DNA from: Tubiluchus corallicola
Lineage: Eukaryota; Animalia; Priapulida
NCBI GenBank assembly: GCA_030141605.1
Contig: JAQGDQ010000089.1
Location: 186,001-250,000 of the forward strand
Reading direction: 5' to 3'
DNA length: 64,000 nt
Made by a program: the position numbers and the translations under genes. The stretch's first letter is position 1, and each line of letters opens with the position of its first letter. Shown in pieces: positions 12,901-19,644 of this stretch. The notes beneath the pieces were generated by a model. That model saw only the letters and a list, made by a program, of their open reading frames with translations, did not search any database and was not told the DNA's origin.

Positions 12901-15900
12901 TCCAAAGGCAACTTCTGATGCATCACTAAAATGATGCAATTGAGTGTTATTTACGGTCCCAAAATGCTCTGGTTTCAAGCAACGAGCTACCATCATGTTT
13001 TCCAGTGTCATAAGCTCTTCTTGCCAAACTTTCCATTTTCTGGCAGTGTGCTCTTCCAGGGGTTCATCCCATGCCTTTCTTAGGCGGGTTTCTTCCTGGA
13101 ACATAAGCTTGGCACGTAGAACAAAAGGAGAAATTATGCCTGCAGGATCATAAACTGATGACACCACACTTAGTAGGCCACGGCGAGTCAATGGTTTTTG
13201 TCTTTGGTTTACATGGATTTTGAACTGATCAATTTCCATGTCCCAGAAAATTCCTAAGGCCCTTTCTACTGGCAAAGTATGTGCTTCTAGATCCAGATTC
13301 TTAACACCTTTGCCCCGCTCCTCTTCTGGGATGGACTCAAGGACACTTCTACTGTTGCTGCACCACTTAGTTAAACGAAAGCCACCTCGAGCCAATAGAT
13401 CAGTCAGTTTTTGACGCATGTGCTTGGCTTTCTCTTCATTTACAGTTGAGGTTAGGCAATCGTCAACATAGAAGTCTTTCAGCAGTGTCTGAATTATGTT
13501 TTCATCATACAAATGCCGGTTATGCTTTGCAACGCTTTGGAGTGCAAAGGCTGCAACACTTGGACACCATATTCCACCGAATGTGTGAACAGTCATTCTG
13601 TAGACCTTTGGTTCCGTGTTTAAACAACCATTTTCCCACCATAAAAATCTAAGGACATCGCGATCCTCTGCAGGCACCTTCACTTGGTGAAACATGCATT
13701 CAATATCAGCCATCAAAGCTATTTGGTTTTCTCTAAATCTAAGCAAAACACCGATCAGTTTATTTGTTAAAACAGGACCCTGCATAACGTTCCTATTTAG
13801 AGTAGTACCTGCGAATTGAACTGCACAATTAAAGACGATTCTCGTTTTATCTGGTTTGTTTGTATTTCTGACTGCAAAATGGGGCAAATACCATATCTTT
13901 CCAGGTCTTCCATTAACACCTTTGGCATTTATTTCCTCAGCATAACCCTTATTCAGCATATTTGAGATTTCTGCAGTATACTTCTCTAGCAATGCATTGT
14001 CCCTTTGTAACTTGTTCTTGAGCCCCTGCAGCATAGACTGTACCACAGGTAAATTGTTTGGAAGCTCAGGATTCTCACTTCGGAATGGTATGGGCAATTG
14101 ATAGTGATTATCCTCAGTTAGGGTTACTGAATCCTCCCACAATTTGATCACCTTGACATCTTCTTTGGAATAATGATTTTCGTCTTCACACATTTCCATC
14201 TGCCAAAACTGGGCGACAATGCTGTCAAGATCTGCAGTGGCTTGGACATAGTTACTGATGATTGCTTTGCTGCTTGTGTACCCTATTGGCCCATTAAGAG
14301 CCCACCCTAGTATAGTCCTGGATGCCCAAGGAGCTCCTCGTGGCCCTGTTCTGACCTCTAATGGAATCATCGCGATAGGCACATCCTGACCAATCAAAAG
14401 CCCCACTTCAGGTTCTCCAAAACCGCCAGAGGTCAATGGTATGTCCTGCAAGTGTGGCCATTTTTTTAGGTCTTTCAATTCTGGCAGAGTTTCTCCCTTT
14501 AATCTTAGTGAAGGTCTGGTGTACACTTCAGGAAGCGTTATGCATTCATCTTTTTCCATGCTCATCACTTGCAAACTCACCACCTTGGCTGTAAATTCGC
14601 TATTTTCCCTTTCCAAAGTAGTCAGTGATAAGGCAACATCCTTTCCATCTACGCCCAATTTAGCGGCTAGCTCCTCAGTGCAAAATGTATTTGTGCTACC
14701 TGAATCCAAGAAAGCCAGAGTCTCGAGTGGCATTCTTTGTTTTTGAGATTGTACAAGAACCTTTACAACGGGTAAAATAATCCTTTTGCGCACTGTATAT
14801 CTTTCAACATAACCATTTTGGACAGAACACTTGCTGCTAGCTTCTCTCATATCGCTATCTTCATCATCCTGCCTGCCTTGCTTAAATTTACTCAGGTGTA
14901 AGAAAGTGGAATGGCTTCTTTGACAGACATTGCATCTTTTGCTCATACGACACTCATAGCTGCTATGATTGGGCTTTAAACATTTAAAGCAAAGTCTCTT
15001 CTCTCTGGCTAGCTCCAGTCTTTCTTCAGGCTTCATGGCATTAAAGTCTGCACATTCAGTTATAAAGTGTTCACCAGTGCAAATGCTACACGTAGATCTC
15101 TTCGATTCGCCTGCTATTTTAGATAAAAAACTTGTTTGGTAACTTGCTTTAGCATCCTTTCTTGTTGTGAGTTTCTGGGTTTCCTTTCTTTCTCGGTCGA
15201 TATATCCTAAATTCCCAAAAACTGGATCATTTGCCTCTAAAGCTGCTGTTTCCACAAAATGAACTACATCATCAATCGTTGGACTCCTTTCTTGGCTCAT
15301 TCTAATTTTATATGCCTCTGTCTTCCACCTTGTTTGGAGATAAATTGGGAGTTTCTCAAGTATACACAAAAGATTTGTTTGGTTATTTATTTCTTCTCTT
15401 TTGTTAATACTGGCCAGTATTCCTTGAGCCATTCTCAAGTCATCTGCAAAATGCATTAATTCTTCTCGGCCCTTAACAGCCTTCGTTTCTCTAATCTGTG
15501 TTAGCCAAGATTCAACTATGTTGTAAGAATTCCCAAACCGCTCATAAAGCATCTTCTTCGCCTTTGCGTAGGCCTCATTAGGAGGCATGAGCAAGCAGCT
15601 TTCCACCACCTTTCTTGCTCTTCCTGTACAATAATGTAGTAAGCGCAGAAGATTGGCATGACTATCTACAGAAACTCTCTCTACTGCATGTTCAAAAGTC
15701 TTCATAAACAGATGAAACTTTAATGGGTCTCCATCAAAATACATCATCTCCACCTTAGGCAAGCTTGCACTTTCAGAATTTATTTGCCGACTTATTTCTC
15801 CTGTGTGTGTTTTGTTTCCTTCGCTGTGAGCATGACATACATCGTCACATCTATTGTCACAACCACAACATCGTGTTGAGATTGGTGCACTTCCTTGAGA

Positions 15901-18900
15901 TGAATGATTTGGCTGTCTCACTGCTTCTTCACACATTTCAACCCACCGCTTTGTCTCATCCCTTTTATATGCAAGCAAAGATGGGAGTTCCTTCTTTTCT
16001 TCTTCTTCTACTTTCTCATCGACTTCAAACTTGGCGAGCACCCTTTCTTCAGCTTCCAGCATTTTAATTTCAGCTTGTTCTTCCAATTCGCTCATTTTCA
16101 TTTGATACAATCGCTGCTCCTTTTCTGCCTTTGCTCTTCTCTGATATTCACAAAGCTCAAGGTTTCTCATCTTTTCCATGATGGATGCCTTTGCTTGTAA
16201 AGCGGCTCTTTTTGCTGCTACCATGGCCCGTGCACTGGCAACACTGCTTACGCTTTTATAGCTGAGCTTTCCGCTACTCCCAGCAATGGAATGGTTGTCT
16301 TTACTATGTGACTGGTCGTGTTCATCCTGGATGGGTTTTAGACAAGAATTTATTTTTGCGTGCATTTCATTAACGTTTCCCATGACAAATTTATATCCCT
16401 CTCGCATCTTAGCAATCTCATCAGGGGTTCCATTACATTCCCTAACAGCTGCGTAACAATCTTCAAAGGAATTTTTGTAGTCTGTAACGATATTTTCTAA
16501 TTCAGCTTGCTTTAAAAGGAGCTCATCTTGCTTCCATTCTTGTAGATTTTTCATCAAGTAATTTATCTTTTTTGTTAATCGACCCTGCTGTGTACTTAGT
16601 CTTCTTTTGCATTCCTGTAAATATGCTGGGCAATCGTCACCCCCTAATGTTTGCTCCTTGTCGCCTTGTTCAACTGACTTTTCGAAGCCAATTGCCTCGG
16701 CTGAGAGATCAGTTTTTGGCTTGAAGAGATCCTTTTCCATATTTTGTCTGTTGACGTTGTGCACTTAAAACCTGCTCATTCTGCTTTGTTACCAAGCAAC
16801 ATTAACATAAGCTATATGATACACACTACATAAGCATTAAAAATTACAATCCTATTGTACTTAAATGTACATGTATCATTCTAAAGCTATAGTTGCTATT
16901 TGTACTTAAAACTTATCAGACGCTTAAAATGAGGCATAAATCCTAAGTTTCACCAAAGTTATTCAAACTGTCATTAAATACCCGGATTCTACGTGCCGGT
17001 AAACATACAAACATACAGACACCGTGTATCAGCAAACCTATGGCCTTAATATGTAGACAAGAACTTTACCACAGATCTCACACTTTAACATAAATCGTGG
17101 CTTGGTATAGCAGCAGTTCACTTACCATGTATTAATGTTATACCGATTAAAGAAAACGTAATTATTAAATTAAACCCCATATTGCAAATTAGTTCAACAT
17201 TCAACCATGCTTTCTGTTGAGCTTTCACAGGCTTAGGATAATGCTTGATTACGCATTGTAGATTATGTTGGGTAACTTAGTAGATTTTCGAATTTTTTAA
17301 GCAGGTACAGCACGGTGTAAATTTTGTCAAAATGAGCAGTCGATTCAGAGTTGTTCACTGAAAACATTTGACACAACGCAAACATTGCATAATATCATAT
17401 TTTCGAACTTCAATAAACTGTACACAATAAGTACCATATCTTTAACTTGCTTCGATTAGATCAGCTGATGCACGGCAGCGTGGGAGTTTACTACTTGGCT
17501 GGATTCCAGCAGGTCTGTTTACATTCGCCGTATCTGTTGCGGTTCATGTTACTAGTTCCCAGGGCTCCTTAGTTGAAGCTGTATATCATTGGAAGACAAT
17601 CGCGTGCGCTGTAGCTCGATGAAGGTTCACTGGGAGTCAGGTTCGCCCAGAGTACGTTTCTTCCTGACCTCTGCAAGGTCGCCTGCGTCACAGGCTTGTG
17701 TTCGATATTGATTGGTTGCTCGCTGCACGGCATTCACTACATTTACTACGTCGCACCGGTGTGTAAGATGCTGATTGGCTGTTCGTCTGGACAGTGAAGC
17801 AGGTTACTAGGACTGCCTGTAAAATGTTGCTGGAAGAGTAATTTTCAAGGCTTAGACAGCTTTTTACTGACGATTATTGTCTTTTCAGGCAATGATCTAT
17901 TGTCCAAAATTATGCCACCAGGTTCTCTGGTATCTGGCCTCCTCGTCGACTATAATACTGTTTCTCGTAACACTGGCATAACAAATAGATTTATTCGCAA
18001 ATAATGATAGAATATTGAAGTGTACTACAGCCATGGTGGAAGAGCCGATAATAAACTGTTGTGAACAGAAAGCCTTCACTATTTGATTCATGCTCCAAAG
18101 TCGTTTATTCTAAACAGAATAATAAAAAGAACATTAACAAGTAAGAAAATGAATAAAATGATAAACTGAAGCTCAGTAAATACAAAGAAGTCAACTTATT
18201 GGCAAAGTACTTTCTCAAACTTGAGAGATTGAATTCACAACTTAATTAAATTACTTAAATTGATGTAACTCACATCGTTGGCTCTTCGTCAAGATTTAAA
18301 ATTTCTCAAGGTACAAAATTCGGTTATGACTAAACGATGTTATTAAATGTAACACAATAACGACAAAAACATTGCTGTGATAAAAAAAACACGACCACCA
18401 TTGTTCCCCTCCTGTCCTTTCCTCCTCACTCGTAGAGGGCACCACCTTCCAATACATAGGTGTCGTTATGCATATTGCCGTTACACTATCTCTATGGTAA
18501 AAATATTTTGTCGTGTAAGCATGCAGCTTGCAATTGTCCCACTTTGTCCCATAATCCCATTCCTTGTTTTATAAGGCCGTTTTGTAATTATAACTTGATA
18601 TTCTCATGCTTATAAAATTTAAGTCTAATAGTTATTGTACATTGTACATTTAGCAGACCGTCAACTTAGTGATTCTTCAGAAACCCTTTCTTCAACTTCT
18701 TCTTCATCACATGATGAGACGAAGCCAGTCATCCATCACGCAGAAGTTGAGAATGACCAGGATCCACCTGAAGATTTGGAATGGGACCCAACTGACAGTA
18801 CAGAATTACTAAATGTAAAGTTTAAAAATTCATGCTATTATTATAATATTCTATTGCTAAGCATGTTATAATAAGAAATATTTGGTATAATAATTTAGAT

Positions 18901-19644
18901 GGAGAGCACTAATTGCCTAAGGATTGTATGGCAGGTCCTAGAATGCATGGCTTCACTATCACATTCTATAATGTGACCCTGTTGTCCTCAGAGCTACTTG
19001 TAAATTGATTTTCTGTTGTCATCAGCCATATTAACAACATTATTGCCGTGTTGTTACTATTCTTATCATTGTAGCCATCATCCATGTTTATAACCATCAT
19101 TTCTTTTTTTCTCTATGCATTCTCTTTGCCATGTTTGTTTTCACTGTTACTTTTTGCAGAGATCCGGCATGCCAGGTGAATCGGTAAGATATGGAGATCC
19201 AGGAAATGAATATAAAGAAAATCATTTTGACGAAGATGAAGAAAGTGATTCAGATGATGACTTTTACAGTGCTAAAGATGGACGATTATCACCCATACAT
19301 GAAGAAGTAAAGGTAATTTTTGAATACTTAACAGATACTGTAGAACGATGTGCACCTAAAACAGTTAAGTATGTTCAGTGCATTAGAAGTGCTCCCAACT
19401 TCTTCCATCCAAGTGTTAGTTGCATGAGTTGCATCATAAAAATGAATCACAGATCAGACTTGAATTGCATGGCAATTTTTTCTGTTTATATGGTATGTGA
19501 TTTAATTGTTAGTTGTTATGATGTCATCCGTTACATGTTTTTCTCTAGTCTGCAGGGATAGCAATTGCTGCACCTCTGGCTACTATCGATGAATTCAGAT
19601 ATCCAATAGCTGACAGTGTTCGGAATAGCATGGTTGATCCTTAG
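911..19644 (+). CDS. 3' portion of an unidentified single-pass (type I-like) membrane protein gene with a long acidic, Tyr-containing cytoplasmic tail; 5' end lies outside the window
   Basis: Phase-consistent AG/GT exons: 911-1095 (..LLFDPMDSAK..IAPIPSD), 1948-2050 (KYTYPPGFIIGN..), 3103-3273 (TM VAIIIIVILLVIVVICIAVYAY then KSNQSAKKRK), 7749-7958, 8667-8753 (..NIYDDAHP..), 18654/18657-18814, 19160-19312 (..DEDEESDSDDDFYSAK..), 19549-19644 (..RNSMVDP*). They join into one uninterrupted frame. Confidence 0.8.
5796..5869 (-). mobile_element. tRNA-derived SINE head or tRNA pseudogene (Thr CGT-like anticodon arm)
   Basis: The - strand has an A-box-like TAGCTCAAACAGT, anticodon stem CCTGC/GCAGG with loop CACGTAA, and B-box GGTTCAAATCC. 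The acceptor stem does not pair. Confidence 0.55.
9345..9880 (-). mobile_element. Decayed RTE-like non-LTR retrotransposon fragment (RT C-terminal region)
   Basis: The - strand translation, with stops and frameshifts, gives WKNCTYLGILLGTEADI, LYNSEL, RILLGIKW, ISNQDLY, KYRLRWIGHVIRL and PGKKPR. These match typical RTE-clade C-terminal motifs (YLG, RILGIKW, RLRWxGH, GKRxRG). Confidence 0.7.
10405..10833 (-). repeat. 3' LTR of the BEL/Pao element (429 bp)
   Basis: TGTTGTGAAC...GCCGTTACA on +. By eye it is identical to 18057-18485 except at 3 positions (10602, 10604, 10790). Confidence 0.97.
10834..10844 (-). other. Polypurine tract (plus-strand primer site)
   Basis: The - strand reads TAGAGGGGGAG immediately before the TG of the 3' LTR. 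Confidence 0.9.
10891..16740 (-). CDS. BEL/Pao gag-pol polyprotein (~1949 aa from the first ATG at 16740; the open frame extends to GTG at 16764)
   Basis: Gag core (LPKVEMMYFDGDPLKF..F..F), three zinc knuckles (CSICTGEHFITEC, CFKCLKPNHSSYEC, CNVCQRSHSTFLH), protease AFLDSGS, RT (WYLPHF, ADIECMFHQV, FYVDD), RNase H (LHHFSDAS, WTDS, NPADDATRG), integrase (H-H-CRRC, DCFGPF, SDHGTN, WERMIRSV) and the BEL C-terminal LTPNHLL..WPLGKV region. No stops or frameshifts. Confidence 0.97.
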   Translation of the reverse strand: MEKDLFKPKTDLSAEAIGFEKSVEQGDKEQTLGGDDCPAYLQECKRRLSTQQGRLTKKINYLMKNLQEWKQDELLLKQAELENIVTDYKNSFEDCYAAVRECNGTPDEIAKMREGYKFVMGNVNEMHAKINSCLKPIQDEHDQSHSKDNHSIAGSSGKLSYKSVSSVASARAMVAAKRAALQAKASIMEKMRNLELCEYQRRAKAEKEQRLYQMKMSELEEQAEIKMLEAEERVLAKFEVDEKVEEEEKKELPSLLAYKRDETKRWVEMCEEAVRQPNHSSQGSAPISTRCCGCDNRCDDVCHAHSEGNKTHTGEISRQINSESASLPKVEMMYFDGDPLKFHLFMKTFEHAVERVSVDSHANLLRLLHYCTGRARKVVESCLLMPPNEAYAKAKKMLYERFGNSYNIVESWLTQIRETKAVKGREELMHFADDLRMAQGILASINKREEINNQTNLLCILEKLPIYLQTRWKTEAYKIRMSQERSPTIDDVVHFVETAALEANDPVFGNLGYIDRERKETQKLTTRKDAKASYQTSFLSKIAGESKRSTCSICTGEHFITECADFNAMKPEERLELAREKRLCFKCLKPNHSSYECRMSKRCNVCQRSHSTFLHLSKFKQGRQDDEDSDMREASSKCSVQNGYVERYTVRKRIILPVVKVLVQSQKQRMPLETLAFLDSGSTNTFCTEELAAKLGVDGKDVALSLTTLERENSEFTAKVVSLQVMSMEKDECITLPEVYTRPSLRLKGETLPELKDLKKWPHLQDIPLTSGGFGEPEVGLLIGQDVPIAMIPLEVRTGPRGAPWASRTILGWALNGPIGYTSSKAIISNYVQATADLDSIVAQFWQMEMCEDENHYSKEDVKVIKLWEDSVTLTEDNHYQLPIPFRSENPELPNNLPVVQSMLQGLKNKLQRDNALLEKYTAEISNMLNKGYAEEINAKGVNGRPGKIWYLPHFAVRNTNKPDKTRIVFNCAVQFAGTTLNRNVMQGPVLTNKLIGVLLRFRENQIALMADIECMFHQVKVPAEDRDVLRFLWWENGCLNTEPKVYRMTVHTFGGIWCPSVAAFALQSVAKHNRHLYDENIIQTLLKDFYVDDCLTSTVNEEKAKHMRQKLTDLLARGGFRLTKWCSNSRSVLESIPEEERGKGVKNLDLEAHTLPVERALGIFWDMEIDQFKIHVNQRQKPLTRRGLLSVVSSVYDPAGIISPFVLRAKLMFQEETRLRKAWDEPLEEHTARKWKVWQEELMTLENMMVARCLKPEHFGTVNNTQLHHFSDASEVAFGTVSYVRFENNDGKVHVSFILGKSRLAPMRGMTIPRLELSAAMLSARVDHILRQEFNMHIDESIFWTDSSIVLGYLNNEVARYKTFVANRLAVIQELTSPQQWHHLPGADNPADDATRGIAALDLVKESRWINGPTFLKGKREQWPKIGDSIKGKDVSDDSEIKKSPMVVYTSKAVEKDDNVIDMLCEHYSNLHRLKRCVAYLLRLKRLLRDKVLKRVRTMSKHTALSLKELMEAEEEIIRHVQYIHFKEELTGQNVLKTSHLYQLDPQKSDKGILVVGGRLAKAPLAKQAKHPIILPKDHVFSRLVVRHYHEENCHAGCNYTMSVVRGKFWIIGLRTIARKAIKDCRRCRHLYAPTLGQKMADLPSDRISRDSVFSSVGVDCFGPFCVKRGRTSAKRYGCLFTCMAVRSIHLEVLFDMTTDNFVNALFRFISKRGKPNVIRSDHGTNIVGADRELQKAMLGWNHQNITSQLHQRNIEWEYNPPAASHMGGCWERMIRSVRRILVHLLDGQTLDDEGLSTVFCLTEAIINGRPLTPISDDPKDAEPLTPNHLLLAHNAASLPRGVFSESDRYRRKWRHIQHLVNVFWSRWTREYLSSLQQRNKWTVPKRNLKVNDVVLVKETTPRNLWPLGKVEQVHVGEDGLVRSATLKVKAGFLERPIHKLCLLEGAD
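18039..18056 (-). other. Non-canonical primer-binding-site position (GTTTATTATCGGCTCTTC), not complementary to a tRNA CCA end
   Basis: Directly follows the CA of the 5' LTR on the - strand and does not begin with TGG. It is complementary to the predicted spliced LTR junction (see findings). Confidence 0.7.
18057..18485 (-). repeat. 5' LTR of the BEL/Pao element (429 bp)
   Basis: Direct repeat of 10405-10833, followed on + by the TSD CTATC. Confidence 0.97.
18110..18273 (-). other. Predicted 164-nt spliceosomal intron inside the LTR (second copy at 10458-10621)
   Basis: On the - strand: donor GAT|GTGAGT, a long U-rich pyrimidine tract, and acceptor TTATTCTGTTTAG|AATAAAC. The AATAAA poly(A) hexamer starts the downstream exon. 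Confidence 0.7.

Larger units (their letters stand above)
10405..18485 (-). mobile_element. Full-length BEL/Pao LTR retrotransposon, inserted antisense in an intron of the membrane-protein gene
   Basis: Two 429-bp TG...CA LTRs, 5-bp TSD CTATC (10400-10404 and 18486-18490), PPT next to the 3' LTR, and a single intact gag-PR-RT-RH-IN ORF. Confidence 0.98.

Noticed and set aside
11082-16200. Several short + strand ORFs overlapping the polyprotein
   Set aside because: Antisense shadows of the retrotransposon ORF with no recognisable motifs.
18031-18040. TGG about 24 nt downstream of the 5' LTR (CCATGGCTGTAG) as a canonical tRNA PBS
   Set aside because: It is too far from the LTR end for a typical PBS and I recognise no tRNA 3'-end complement after it. 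A tRNA search should still confirm this.
18038-18048. TCGGCTCTTCC after the 5' LTR resembles a conserved large-subunit rRNA segment as I recall it
   Set aside because: The match is same-sense rather than complementary, only 11 nt, and internal to the rRNA, so it could not act as a primer. The spliced-junction complement explains the sequence better.
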